From IMG/VR virus record IMGVR_UViG_3300049472_000084, positions 1 to 39,901 of that record: 39,901 bases of DNA; one strand, 5' to 3'. The stretch's first letter is position 1, and each line of letters opens with the position of its first letter. The position numbers and the translations under genes were made by a program. Source of the DNA: a virus. Taxonomy: Duplodnaviria > Caudoviricetes. Positions 1 through 9,107 of this stretch are shown here, one piece after another. The notes beneath the pieces were generated by a model. That model did not search any database. It saw nothing but the letters and a program-made list of their open reading frames with translations, and had not been told where the DNA came from.

Positions 1-368
1 TTCCCGCTCTTCGTGTTGTCGGGCCACCAGATCACCTTGATCCTGTTGATCTTGTATTCGGCCCCCAGGTCGATCGTGATGGTCTCGGTCGCAGGCAGGA
101 CGCCAATGGAGTCGGCCAGGAGCGCGCCTTGCCAGACGCTCCCCCCGATCCCGTTCTCGGCGACGCTGGGCGCTCCGGCGTTTATGTGCGTCCGATCTCC
201 GTTGATGATCCCCTGCGCGGGCCAGTCCGAAGAGAACTCCGTCGAGGCCGTGACGGAGGCCCCCTTGGAGGATAGCGCGAAGTTCCCGAGATCGATCACG
301 CATTTCTGCGTGATGTGATTCCCGCTCGCCTCGCGAAGGGCCTCGAAGTTCGACCCGGGGTTCAGCAC
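1..368 (-). CDS. Tail tip/baseplate protein, N-terminal part with discoidin (F5/8 type C)-like domain; runs off the left end
   Basis: Not in the ORF track. GTG at 368, just after the stop of 370..957, opens MLNPGSNFEALREASGNHITQKCVIDLGNFALSSKGASVTASTEFSSDWPAQGIINGDR...ETITIDLGAEYKINRIKVIWW with no stop. VTAS...DG...W...ITIDLG...I..I pattern is discoidin-like. Confidence 0.75.
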   Translation of the reverse strand, partial: MLNPGSNFEALREASGNHITQKCVIDLGNFALSSKGASVTASTEFSSDWPAQGIINGDRTHINAGAPSVAENGIGGSVWQGALLADSIGVLPATETITIDLGAEYKINRIKVIWWPDNTKSG

Positions 369-369
369 G

Positions 370-957
370 TCAGACCCCCGTCAGCTCGACTTGGGCTTGC
401 CAGAGGTCCGCGCTCGCTCCGGAATGGGGGATCGGCGCGAGGGAGGTCATGCGACAGGTGTATCCGAGGAAGGTGAACTCGACGAAGACCTCGGAGTTCG
501 CGGCCGGGAGCGCGCTCCCCAGCGTGATCGTCATGGTCGATTCGTTGAAGGACCCCGACGTGAAATAGTTCGTCCCGGCCTTCCCGGGGTCGGAGGTCAG
601 CCAGACGCCGATAATCGTGATGGTCCGGGCCGACGTGAACGGGAGGGTCACGCTCGTCGTGGAGGAGGCGACGGCATAGAGATAATCGACGCGGAGGGCC
701 GTATTGAAGATGAAGCTGAGGACGGACAGGGAGGCCCGGAATCCCCTGAGCTTCGCCATGGTCGAGTCGGTCATGCGCGCGAGGTCCATGACGATCCTGG
801 GAACCCCCATCCGGAGGAAGGACCATTTCATCGCTCCGACGAGGTTCCTCTGCTGGACCTCGACGTTGTCCTCGGCGACCTGGAGCGCCCTCACCTGGGC
901 CTCGATGCCGACCTCGTAGCCCGGGAATCCGATCTTAAAGCGTGGGTTCCAGGTCAT
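370..957 (-). CDS. Distal tail (Dit)-like protein
   Basis: Directly follows the tape measure (ATGA overlap). Size and the C-terminal W.A.VEL strand fit Dit. Carries an inserted TITLGSALP..VFVEF module. Confidence 0.6.
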   Translation of the reverse strand: MTWNPRFKIGFPGYEVGIEAQVRALQVAEDNVEVQQRNLVGAMKWSFLRMGVPRIVMDLARMTDSTMAKLRGFRASLSVLSFIFNTALRVDYLYAVASSTTSVTLPFTSARTITIIGVWLTSDPGKAGTNYFTSGSFNESTMTITLGSALPAANSEVFVEFTFLGYTCRMTSLAPIPHSGASADLWQAQVELTGV

Positions 958-2516
958 GCGCTCACCGTGGAGAACTGCCCGGTCGCCGCCGCCTCTCGGA
1001 TGGCGCGGCCGACCCGGTTCGCGAACGCCTTGAGCTGGATGTCCGAGATCGAGGCCAGATCGAGAGCCTGGACGGGGAGGCTGACCTGGATGTTATTCGT
1101 GACCTCCCGCTGGGCCGTGGCGAGGGACTGCCCGCCCGTGGTCGCTGTCCCGGAGGCGGCTCCGGCCCCCGAGGTCGCCGGGGCGGCGGGGGCGGCGTTC
1201 CCGGCCCCTGCGGCGGCGGAGGTCGCCCCGCTGAGGGCGTTGATCGCGATGGCCTTGATCCCCTGGAGGGCGGCGGCGATTCCAAGGATCGCGACGAATG
1301 ACCCCGGGATCAGCATGGCCGTCACGGCCTTATTCGCCACGGCCGAAGCGAGGACGATCTGCGTCACGGCATCGAAGAAGAACCCGACCAGGGTCTTCAG
1401 GGCGTTCCGCCAGGAGTCCTTCGTCCCGCTGATCGCGTTCCCCAGCGCCTCGCCCATCGCCAAGGCACTCTGGACGACGGCGTCGCGCATGACGAGGGTC
1501 TGTTTCGTCGCCACGTCGGCCAGCTCCGCCCAGGTCGATCCGGTCTCTGCGGCGACCTCTTTGATCCGGTTCATCCCGTCGGCGGAGAAGTCGCTGAAGA
1601 TGCGAGAGGCGTTGGTCGCGCGCTCGACCTGATTGACGTAGGCGCTCAGTTCGTTCCGTTGCGCCGCCGCCGCCTGGAGGATCAGGTTCCCCGAACGCCG
1701 CGCCTCCGCTCCGGTCCCGGCCGACGCCGCCGTCAGGTCGCGATAGGTCTTCTCTGCGGTCTGAAGCTCCAGGCGCAGATTCGCGATCGTGCGGCGCGAT
1801 TCGTCGATCTGAGCGTTGATCGGACCCATGTCCAGCTTGGGACCTTCGACCTGTCGGAGACTGACCTCGGACGTGAAACCGATGGTCGTGGCCTTGGAGA
1901 GGTTGACCGCCCTCTCCTGGAGCTTCCGCATCTCGGTCTCGGCGTCCCCGATCTTCCCCTTCAGGTCGTCGATCTTGCGCCCCATCTCTGCCGCGCCCTG
2001 GGCGGCTACGCCGCGCGCCGCCTGGGTCAATTGGTTCATTGACAGGACGGCGTCCAGGTTCTTCTTCTGGAGGGCTTCGACCTCCTCCCGCGCTTTCTTG
2101 GAGCCCTCGGAGAAAACCTTCATGGCCGCGCCCGCCGCCGCCGCCGCGATCGTGAAGGCGAGGAAAGCCGGGGACAGGGCCTTCCCGGCGACCAAGACCT
2201 GAGACATCACAGTCGAGAGGACGGAGAGAGCCCCGTTCGCCGCGCTGGATGCCCCCGCGATCTGACCGAGCTGGATGGTGACGAGGCGCATCGCCTGATT
2301 CGCGGCCTCGTTTGAAGTCGTGGACTTCTTCGCCGCCTCGGTCGCAAGGTTCAACCCCTGCGCGGCTTCCCTGGACCCGGACGCCGACCTCTTCCCCACG
2401 TCCGAGAGCTTCCCGACGGTCGTCTCCAGCTTCTCAAGCGACCGGATGGCGTCGCCCGTGGGGCCGGAGATAAGGTCCTCGGCGCTCAACGTGAAAAGAA
2501 GCTGTTCCCCGGCCAC
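954..2516 (-). CDS. Tape measure protein (short, 520 aa)
   Basis: N-terminal LLFTLSAEDL; Ala-rich helical/coiled-coil with hydrophobic segments; follows the tail chaperones; GTG start with RBS. Confidence 0.85.
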   Translation of the reverse strand: MAGEQLLFTLSAEDLISGPTGDAIRSLEKLETTVGKLSDVGKRSASGSREAAQGLNLATEAAKKSTTSNEAANQAMRLVTIQLGQIAGASSAANGALSVLSTVMSQVLVAGKALSPAFLAFTIAAAAAGAAMKVFSEGSKKAREEVEALQKKNLDAVLSMNQLTQAARGVAAQGAAEMGRKIDDLKGKIGDAETEMRKLQERAVNLSKATTIGFTSEVSLRQVEGPKLDMGPINAQIDESRRTIANLRLELQTAEKTYRDLTAASAGTGAEARRSGNLILQAAAAQRNELSAYVNQVERATNASRIFSDFSADGMNRIKEVAAETGSTWAELADVATKQTLVMRDAVVQSALAMGEALGNAISGTKDSWRNALKTLVGFFFDAVTQIVLASAVANKAVTAMLIPGSFVAILGIAAALQGIKAIAINALSGATSAAAGAGNAAPAAPATSGAGAASGTATTGGQSLATAQREVTNNIQVSLPVQALDLASISDIQLKAFANRVGRAIREAAATGQFSTVSA

Positions 2517-2517
2517 C

Positions 2518-2795
2518 TTACCCCCCTCCGTTCTTCGCTCGCTCCATCGCCTCCGCCTCCTCCTCAGCCTCGACGAGGTAGAGGGCCTGGAGCTTCACGA
2601 ACTCATCCACCATGATCGGGCTCCGGGAATCCTCCAGGAACCCCTCCAGCGACAGCCACTTCCCCAGCCAGCCCGGAGCGCGCAGGGCGATCCGGTACTT
2701 CACCGTCCCGACCGACATCAGCTCCGACGGGAGCCGACCAAGGTCTCGGGCGAGCGTGTAGAGGTTGCGCTCTACGACGTCGCCCTTCAGTCCTT
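2518..2795 (-). CDS. Tail assembly chaperone, C-terminal (gpT-like) extension made by -1 frameshift
   Basis: The -1 frame after the slippery site reads GLKGDVVERNLYTLARDLGRLPSELMSVG... and is continuous with ORF 2518..2718. LA..LG..P.EL motif is typical of gpT parts. Confidence 0.8.
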
Positions 2796-3164
2796 TTTTA
2801 AGGCTTCGGCCTCCGTGGTCATGTTCGACAGCGTCCAGACCGCCCGGGCGATCCGGTCGGCGACCCGGGGGTCTCCGCTCTTGATCGCGACGGCTTGTTC
2901 ATGCGACAGCTTCGGCTCGGCCACCCCGAAAACGATCGAGAAGACCTGGAACAGGTCCTCGTTCATCGAGCCGTCTGGCTTCCGGCAAGCCGAGCGCATC
3001 TTCTCGCGCGCCTCCAAGGTGATCTGCTGGATGCGAACGCCCTTCCCAGGCCCGAACTCGGGGATCGCGACGAACTCCCCCTTCGGCTTGATCCCGGCCA
3101 GGAACTCCTCCGCGCTGACCACCTTCGGCTCGTCCTTCTGCGGCTCTTTGATCGCTTGCTCCAT
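2787..3164 (-). CDS. Tail assembly chaperone (gpG-like)
   Basis: Lies between tail tube genes and TMP. IPEFG..VRIQ.IT...GVAEPKLS pattern. Ends ...LKKD at the slippery site. Confidence 0.8.
   Translation of the reverse strand: MEQAIKEPQKDEPKVVSAEEFLAGIKPKGEFVAIPEFGPGKGVRIQQITLEAREKMRSACRKPDGSMNEDLFQVFSIVFGVAEPKLSHEQAVAIKSGDPRVADRIARAVWTLSNMTTEAEALKKD
2793..2799 (-). promoter_or_regulatory. -1 programmed ribosomal frameshift site A AAA AAG
   Basis: Minus strand reads TTA AAA AAG GAC TGA, a canonical X XXY YYZ heptamer at the end of the chaperone. Confidence 0.85.
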
Positions 3165-3174
3165 CGTGTCCTCC

Positions 3175-3423
3175 CTACGAGTTTTTCGCGAGCGAGACGA
3201 GGTCCCGCGCGCGGCTGACGCTGTCCATGAACGACAGCGGCTCCACCGAAGTCTTTTTGTTGATGAACGACATCACCGTCTGATCCAGCGACGAGGACGG
3301 ATCGAACTCGAACATGACCTTCTCCCCGGACCTCTTGAACGACCTGACCTCGAATCCGGAATGGATGAGGAAGGCCGCGATCTTGAGGTCGCACGTCGCC
3401 CACAGGGAGGAGGTCCCGCTCAT
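3175..3423 (-). CDS. DUF5659-like small protein (82 aa)
   Basis: ATG at 3423 overlaps the tube gene stop. T.DL.IAAFL...GF......G.K..F.F pattern. Confidence 0.55.
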   Translation of the reverse strand: MSGTSSLWATCDLKIAAFLIHSGFEVRSFKRSGEKVMFEFDPSSSLDQTVMSFINKKTSVEPLSFMDSVSRARDLVSLAKNS

Positions 3424-4034
3424 GTCGTCTTCCTCACCAGAGCGCCGGTTCCGTTGATCGTCATCTTCTCGGTGACGGCGGAGTCGCGCTTGACGTCGAG
3501 GGCCATGTCCACGAACCCGGCCCCGATGAATCTCTCGGTCCCGGCTCCGTTCGGGTAGAACTCGACGTAGAACTCGGCATTCGATCCGCTGAAGGCGTCG
3601 AACCAATATCCGGAGACGTGGTATCCCTGGGCTGAGGCGACCCATCCCCGGAAGGAGGACAAGTTCGTCTTGAACTGATCCATGAAGGCCGTCGCGTCAA
3701 CGACGTCCACCTTCAGGTCCAGAGTCCAGTCGAACATATCTCCGACGTCCTGGAGCGTCATCCACTCGATCCCGTTCACGTCGATCGTGTTCAGGGGGTT
3801 CCGAGCCACGAAGAACGTGACCTGGCCGTTGACATAATCGACCGAGTATTCCGACGGCGAGACGACGACCGCATTGTCCCGAACCACGGGGGGGAGGTTC
3901 GGGTTCCAGTACGGCTTCCCCGTCAGCACATAGGTCAGGTTGTCGCCCGAGTTCGTCAGCGCCTCGGCGACGGAGATGGTCGTCCGCGCCAGGACGCCGC
4001 GAATCTTCGCGTTCTTCCCGGTGATTCGCGCCAT
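3420..4034 (-). CDS. Tail tube protein paralogue 2 with an inserted beta-sandwich domain
   Basis: MARITGKN...DWTLDLK...DATA..DQFK.NL matches 4045..4452, plus an insertion of about 75 aa. Confidence 0.75.
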   Translation of the reverse strand: MARITGKNAKIRGVLARTTISVAEALTNSGDNLTYVLTGKPYWNPNLPPVVRDNAVVVSPSEYSVDYVNGQVTFFVARNPLNTIDVNGIEWMTLQDVGDMFDWTLDLKVDVVDATAFMDQFKTNLSSFRGWVASAQGYHVSGYWFDAFSGSNAEFYVEFYPNGAGTERFIGAGFVDMALDVKRDSAVTEKMTINGTGALVRKTT

Positions 4035-4044
4035 GTCGTCCTCC

Positions 4045-4452
4045 TTACGGGGTGCGGGTAAGAGTGCCGGTCCCCGTCACCTTCGCGGAGAACTCGTTCG
4101 TCTTGTCCTTCCCGACGTTCAGGGTGACGTCCAGAAAGGCGTCGCCGCTGAACTTCTCGGTCGCCGAGGCGTCCGGGAACAGCTCCAGCGTGACCTTCCC
4201 CGACTGAGGACCGCCGTCGGTCGTCGCGTTGAGAAAGGTGTCGAGGACCATGTCGTTGACGCCCGCGCTCTCATAGTGGCCGCTGATGCTCCCGGACCAC
4301 TCGCGGATCAGGGACAGATTCACCTTGAACTGATCCTCCATCGCCGTCGCGTCGGCCAGAGGGACCTTGAGGTCCAGAGACCAATCGCTGATGCTGGCGA
4401 CCGTCACCGTATCGATCTTGACGCGACCGTTCTTCCCCGTGATTCGGGCCAT
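4045..4452 (-). CDS. Major tail tube protein
   Basis: W.LD...DAT....K.......WSGSISG...LELFP...FSG.A......SAK.TGTG.LT pattern is typical of siphoviral tube proteins. Confidence 0.8.
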   Translation of the reverse strand: MARITGKNGRVKIDTVTVASISDWSLDLKVPLADATAMEDQFKVNLSLIREWSGSISGHYESAGVNDMVLDTFLNATTDGGPQSGKVTLELFPDASATEKFSGDAFLDVTLNVGKDKTNEFSAKVTGTGTLTRTP

Positions 4453-4461
4453 ATCTCCCCC

Positions 4462-4725
4462 TTACTTCTTTTTCTTCGCGTCCGGAGCGACCGGCGCGTC
4501 CGTCTCCGATCCGACGATCTTGAACTTCTGCGGGTCCATCGACTTCAGATATTCGGCCACGACCGACTCCATGGCGGTCGTCTTGTTCGGCTCGAACTCC
4601 ACGAACACCGGAGCCATGCGGGGCGGATAGACGTTGAAGCCCGTCTTCGTGATGATCCCGTGACACTCGACCAGGACCTTCTTCGGCGCGGCGATCTCCT
4701 TCATGCTCGTCATCTCATCCTCCAT
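4462..4725 (-). CDS. Hypothetical protein
   Basis: In-operon ORF with RBS. True start may be the second ATG (4713). Confidence 0.6.
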   Translation of the reverse strand: MEDEMTSMKEIAAPKKVLVECHGIITKTGFNVYPPRMAPVFVEFEPNKTTAMESVVAEYLKSMDPQKFKIVGSETDAPVAPDAKKKK

Positions 4726-4745
4726 CCATCGTTAAGCGGCGTCAT

Positions 4746-4754
4746 ATTCTACCA
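4746..4754 (-). promoter_or_regulatory. Possible extended -10 promoter (TGgTAGAAT) upstream of the tail tube genes
   Basis: Only AT-rich intergenic gap in the tail operon; no -35 visible. Confidence 0.3.
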
Positions 4755-4755
4755 A

Positions 4756-5439
4756 TTAGAGGTATCGGTTCGCGTTGGTCTTGATGTAGAAGAACGTCTC
4801 CAGGTTGAAATAGACCGCGTACCGTTGAGGATTATTGTCCACGTCCGAGGCCGCGTCTCTCGCCACGCCGACGATATTGAAGTCGATGACGCCCGCTTTA
4901 TACGTCGCGCGGACCTCGTCCGTCGGCGCGTTCGCCGAGCCAAAAGTGACCGTCCCAGCCGCAGAATTGACCGTGTAGCCCGACGGAACCACGATAGGCT
5001 CGCCATTGGAATCCCTGTTCTTGTAGATCACCGGAGTCGGCGTCGCGAACCATCCCGGTTGATCCGAGTGATAGGTCAGGTTGTCGCCCGAGTTCCGCAT
5101 CTGGTCCGCAGAGACGAGGAAGTCGATTCCAGGGTGAGAGATTCCTCCTACGTCCAAAGCCGTCGCCGACTCGATGAGGCGGCGGAAGCGCGCCTCGATG
5201 TCGCGCATCGTGGGATAATCGATCATCTTGAAGGCGACTTGGAACTGCTGATTCTCCTTCCGCTGGGCGTCGCCGATCGCCCATAGTTCCTGAGGTCCTT
5301 CGACCATCCTGTCGATCACGCAATAGGGGACGGTCGCCTGGCTCTCAACGAAATCGGGGGTTCGGACGAAGACGCTCAGACCGAACGCGGTCTTGATCTC
5401 AGACGCATTGATGAACGCGGCCAGAGAGGAGGAGATCAC
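4756..5439 (-). CDS. Tail terminator/completion-like protein with inserted beta-sandwich domain
   Basis: GTG at 5439 overlaps the upstream stop (GTGA). PYCVI... core. Position is between the gp10-like gene and the tube gene. Confidence 0.6.
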   Translation of the reverse strand: MISSSLAAFINASEIKTAFGLSVFVRTPDFVESQATVPYCVIDRMVEGPQELWAIGDAQRKENQQFQVAFKMIDYPTMRDIEARFRRLIESATALDVGGISHPGIDFLVSADQMRNSGDNLTYHSDQPGWFATPTPVIYKNRDSNGEPIVVPSGYTVNSAAGTVTFGSANAPTDEVRATYKAGVIDFNIVGVARDAASDVDNNPQRYAVYFNLETFFYIKTNANRYL

Positions 5440-5894
5440 TTGAATCTCCGGATGATCGACCAGAGCGAATTGATGAAGTTCGGCTTCTCTTTGGCGAGCG
5501 ACTTCCGCAGGAATCCCCAGGTCGCCTCGGGATTCGACTGTCCGGTCCCCTTGATGACGGAGCCGACATTGCCCGCCCGTGTATTGACGACCCTGGTCCT
5601 GGGGGGCCTGACAGAATGGTCGAGGCTGGCGTCGTACTCCTGGCGCGCGGCATAGGGAAGGAAAGAGCCGATGGACGCCGCCGTCGAGATTCGGTCGGAG
5701 TAGAAGTACGCCTTGACCGATCGCCGGAGAGCGCCGGTCGATACGGGGACGAGGCGCTTCGCGTTCTCCACCACCCGGAAGGCCGATATCCTCACGGCCT
5801 GGGACAGGAGCCCGGGGACCTCGTCTCTTTGCCGCTTCAGGAAGTCGATCTTCCTGGCGAGGTCGGCGGAGGGTCGGATTTCTACAGCCAGCAT
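5436..5894 (-). CDS. HK97 gp10-like tail completion protein
   Basis: AKRLVPVSTGALRRS...YA..QEY...FLRKSL motifs. Confidence 0.8.
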   Translation of the reverse strand: MLAVEIRPSADLARKIDFLKRQRDEVPGLLSQAVRISAFRVVENAKRLVPVSTGALRRSVKAYFYSDRISTAASIGSFLPYAARQEYDASLDHSVRPPRTRVVNTRAGNVGSVIKGTGQSNPEATWGFLRKSLAKEKPNFINSLWSIIRRFK

Positions 5895-6340
5895 CAGAGC
5901 CCCGTGACGTCCTGCTGGCTGTTCGTGCGCCTGAGGAGGACGTCATAGAACATCACGTCGTTCAGAAGGACGGGGATCGGTCTCTGGACGAGGCGGTACT
6001 CCGACCCCCTCCAGATCACGCGATCCCCGGGGTGGTTCCCGCCGATATGCTCGTTCGACTCGGTCAGGCGCTCCCTCATGTGGAGGACGATGTCTCCAGC
6101 CGTCAAGACGCCCTCTTTGAACATGGAGGCCGCGATCCCGAGGTCCACCAGAACAGCCGTCGCGGGGAAATCCGTGAACGTGATCTTCTTCTGAGTCCCG
6201 AAAGCGCCCGGGGCGCTGGACTGATTCGAGAACAGCTTGATCGTGATGGCCTCTTCGAGGACGCGCTCGTTCTCGATGATGCCTTCCAGCATCATCTCTT
6301 GGTCCGCCATCAGCGAGCCCGAGAAGTTCTGGTCGTCCAC
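5894..6340 (-). CDS. Head closure/stopper protein
   Basis: GDRVIWRGSEYRLV motif; position after the adaptor. Confidence 0.6.
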   Translation of the reverse strand: MDDQNFSGSLMADQEMMLEGIIENERVLEEAITIKLFSNQSSAPGAFGTQKKITFTDFPATAVLVDLGIAASMFKEGVLTAGDIVLHMRERLTESNEHIGGNHPGDRVIWRGSEYRLVQRPIPVLLNDVMFYDVLLRRTNSQQDVTGL

Positions 6341-6973
6341 CTATCTCCTCGGCGTGTAGGGGGTCTGGACTGTCGTCGCGCGTCCGAAGGCGGGCTTCTC
6401 CCGTCCTCCCTTCCCCTCGTAGTAGGCCGTCCTCTCCTTCTCGGCCTCCTCGAACTTTTGCTTCGCGAGGGCGAGATAGTGGGTCTTGATGCTGGACTTG
6501 TTGACCGACTTACCTCCCGCCGAGGCGTCGTACAGAGGCCCGGCGCGCGACGAGAGGGCCTGGAGAGCGTTCCCGGCCGCGTACTTGATGAAGGCGTCGT
6601 AGAGGCCCTGGACAACCGAGGGAACGTCTGCGGACCCTACGAAGCTCAGAGCGAGTTCGAGATGGGGGTCCAGCTCGGCGTCCAGGAAATACTCGAATGA
6701 GTAGTTCGCGAGGAGAGCGGTCGCCGGAGCCACCGCGAGGGTGAAGGTCCCGAGGCTGTCGTCCTCAGTCGCCGGAGCGGCGAAGGAGCCTCCGTCGGCG
6801 GAGACCAGAAGCGTCCCGGACACGATCCTCCGGTTGTTGAGCTTGAAGAGGGTGTTCGTACCGTCCACCTGATCGCGCAGAACTCCACGCCTCAGATTCT
6901 CCTTCCAGACGGGCTTGGGGACGTCGTCGATCGCCGCCCGCAGGGACGCGCGCGCCTGGGCCTGGGTCGCCAT
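6341..6973 (-). CDS. Head-tail adaptor with inserted beta-sandwich domain
   Basis: LRAAIDD...FLDAELD...AA..AL helical core; insertion DGTNTLF...GTFTLAVAP...ANY. Confidence 0.6.
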   Translation of the reverse strand: MATQAQARASLRAAIDDVPKPVWKENLRRGVLRDQVDGTNTLFKLNNRRIVSGTLLVSADGGSFAAPATEDDSLGTFTLAVAPATALLANYSFEYFLDAELDPHLELALSFVGSADVPSVVQGLYDAFIKYAAGNALQALSSRAGPLYDASAGGKSVNKSSIKTHYLALAKQKFEEAEKERTAYYEGKGGREKPAFGRATTVQTPYTPRR

Positions 6974-7198
6974 TTACTCGGCCTCCTTCACGATCTGCGG
7001 CCAGAATAGATGACCCATGAGGACCCCGAAAGAGAACGGGAGGACTGGATGCTCATGCGCGATCGCCAGGGTAAGGGCGGAGATCGTCGGCTCCGAAGGA
7101 CTCATGGCGGCGTATATGTCCCATCCGATGAGGATGGCGGCGCATACCAGGATCACCCAGGTCGTCTTGAAGCGAGTCGGGGTTCCGAGGTTGCTCAT
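6974..7198 (-). CDS. Small membrane protein with two hydrophobic segments
   Basis: WVILVCAAILIGWD...TIS...P..FGVLMGHLFWP. Confidence 0.7.
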   Translation of the reverse strand: MSNLGTPTRFKTTWVILVCAAILIGWDIYAAMSPSEPTISALTLAIAHEHPVLPFSFGVLMGHLFWPQIVKEAE

Positions 7199-7716
7199 CT
7201 GTTGTCCACCACCGCGTCAAGCTCCGCGATCGTCGTCGCCGCATTGGCCGCGATCTTCAGGGCGCGGCCCGAAGATATCGCCGCGTTCACAACCCCAGCC
7301 GCCGACAGACAGAAAGACGGAAGATTCTCAAGCGTGAGGGAATACTCCTCGTCATCGTTTGTCGTGACCGGGATGGGCCAGCTCAAGATGTCTTTGAAGA
7401 CGAAGAGGGCCGTCCAATTCCCCTGAGCCTCAGTAGACAGAGAGAAGTTCTTCCCGTCGAATGCGAACCCCTGCCGGATGAGATCGTCCGTCCTGCTGTC
7501 GATGGCCGCGATCTTCGCCGCTTTTCTCGCGGACAGGGGGTTCGCCTCATGGTTGGAGATAATCGCTTCGAGTGCGGTGAGGTCTACGATTTCTCCAAAG
7601 ACCTCCACTTCTCCGCCGCTTACCAGGATGTCCGGGTCCAAGACGGACCCGCTCCCCACTATTTCAGAGAAAAGAAGGTCCGGATTAACTCCACCTTCAG
7701 GTATCGGGAATTTCAT
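7195..7716 (-). CDS. DUF4376-like fibre-associated/chaperone protein
   Basis: ATG at 7716, 2 nt after the fibre stop. KAAKIAAID......GF.FDG..F.....Q.N...LK..A.AATT.AELDAV pattern. Confidence 0.7.
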   Translation of the reverse strand: MKFPIPEGGVNPDLLFSEIVGSGSVLDPDILVSGGEVEVFGEIVDLTALEAIISNHEANPLSARKAAKIAAIDSRTDDLIRQGFAFDGKNFSLSTEAQGNWTALFVFKDILSWPIPVTTNDDEEYSLTLENLPSFCLSAAGVVNAAISSGRALKIAANAATTIAELDAVVDNR

Positions 7717-7717
7717 T

Positions 7718-9103
7718 TTATTGCGGTGTTTCTCTGGCCGACAATTGGCTCGCGAAGCTGGCGTCGTTGTATACCGTCGCGGTGTTGGCCGATGTTCTGA
7801 ATGCCACGCAGTAGGAATGCGTCCCGGCCGATACGGAATTGAGGGTGATCCCATTCCCGACATTCGAATATCTTCCAGAGCCAATCGTCGCAGAACCGAT
7901 AGCCTTCCCCCCGGAAAGTTCTGATGGATACGCGCCATCGACTAGGATCGTCGAATAGACCTGTTTGTCGTTGTTCGTGTTGTCGGCCATCGCGACAAGT
8001 CCGACGATGATCGGGAATCCGCGAGAAGTGAGAGTCACCGTCGCAAGGCAAACGCTGAAAGCCGTGTTCGTGAAGGATGTCTGCGGGATCACCGTCGCGC
8101 TCGATCTCGATATCCCGGTCAGAGCGGAACCGTTTCCGAAAAAAGCCGAAGCCGTGATCGATGATTGCCCGGTGATGTAGCCGTTCGCGCCGGAGAGAGT
8201 GAGGCTCGATCCTGAGTTCAGGTACATCGACCCGTTCGCGGCGATCGTGGACTGAGAGCCCGCCGCGCCGACGGTCATGGACCCGAAGACGTCGAGGAGG
8301 TTGTTCGAATCGACCCCGCTCCCTCCGATCTGGACTGTCCCCGAACTGAAGACCTGAATCCCGCCGCTGGAGCCCGATATCTGCGGGCTGATGTCCAGAC
8401 GACGGTTCCCACCGCCCCCTCCTCCTCCGAGTAGCTGAACAGCGAAAGCAAGGGTTCCGGCCTCGTTGTAATAGAGCCTCGGAACCTGAGTCGGGGTCGG
8501 CGTGTCGAGCGTGATCCTGGAGTTCGCCGTGTTGACCAAGAGGTTCCCGAGAACCGTGAAGCTACTCGTTACGGTATTCGGGATTCCGGTCGCGGTCACT
8601 CCCGTCAGTCCGGAACCATTCCCAAAGAAAGCGGAGGCGGTGATGGACGACTGTCCGGAGATGTACCCCGTCGGACCCGTGAGGGTGATGCTGGAGTTCG
8701 ACATCTCCAGCCCCCCCGTCATCGTGTCGCCGGTCTTCTGGACGAAGGAGCCGGAGATGGCCCCGGTGCTGGGGATTCCGGTCAGGTGAGAGCCGTCGCC
8801 GAAGAACGCGGAAGCGGTGACGCTCGACTGAGTCGTGATCGTCCCCGCCGACCCCGTCGCGGTCAGGCTGGACCCGGACAGGAGCATCGCGGACGTGAAG
8901 GTGTTCGTCGCGGTGAAGGTGTTGCTCTTGAACTGCGCCGCCGCAGACGAGTCCGCCACGGCGAAGACGCTGTTGTTGAGCTTGGTCCCCCAATTCGTCG
9001 TCCCCGTGGACATGATGAGGAGTCCGAGCCTCGGGGTCGCCGAGTCCGCGCGCGCGATCCCCGCGCAGAGGGTCAATCCAATCAGGAGCGCCAGTTTCCG
9101 CAT
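7718..9103 (-). CDS. Fibre-like protein with N-terminal Sec signal peptide
   Basis: MRKLALLIGLTLCAGIARA|DS signal; TPRLGL...WGTKLN anchor-like motif; GDTMTG; three QSS[VI]TASAFFG[DN]GS.LTG repeats. Confidence 0.75.
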   Translation of the reverse strand: MRKLALLIGLTLCAGIARADSATPRLGLLIMSTGTTNWGTKLNNSVFAVADSSAAAQFKSNTFTATNTFTSAMLLSGSSLTATGSAGTITTQSSVTASAFFGDGSHLTGIPSTGAISGSFVQKTGDTMTGGLEMSNSSITLTGPTGYISGQSSITASAFFGNGSGLTGVTATGIPNTVTSSFTVLGNLLVNTANSRITLDTPTPTQVPRLYYNEAGTLAFAVQLLGGGGGGGNRRLDISPQISGSSGGIQVFSSGTVQIGGSGVDSNNLLDVFGSMTVGAAGSQSTIAANGSMYLNSGSSLTLSGANGYITGQSSITASAFFGNGSALTGISRSSATVIPQTSFTNTAFSVCLATVTLTSRGFPIIVGLVAMADNTNNDKQVYSTILVDGAYPSELSGGKAIGSATIGSGRYSNVGNGITLNSVSAGTHSYCVAFRTSANTATVYNDASFASQLSARETPQ

Positions 9104-9107
9104 GAGG

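Noticed and set aside
5440-5946. N-terminal extensions of ORF 4756..5946 (and similarly 7195..7938, 12076..13323, 36032..37081)
   Set aside because: They overlap bona fide upstream genes; coupled or RBS-supported starts exist downstream.
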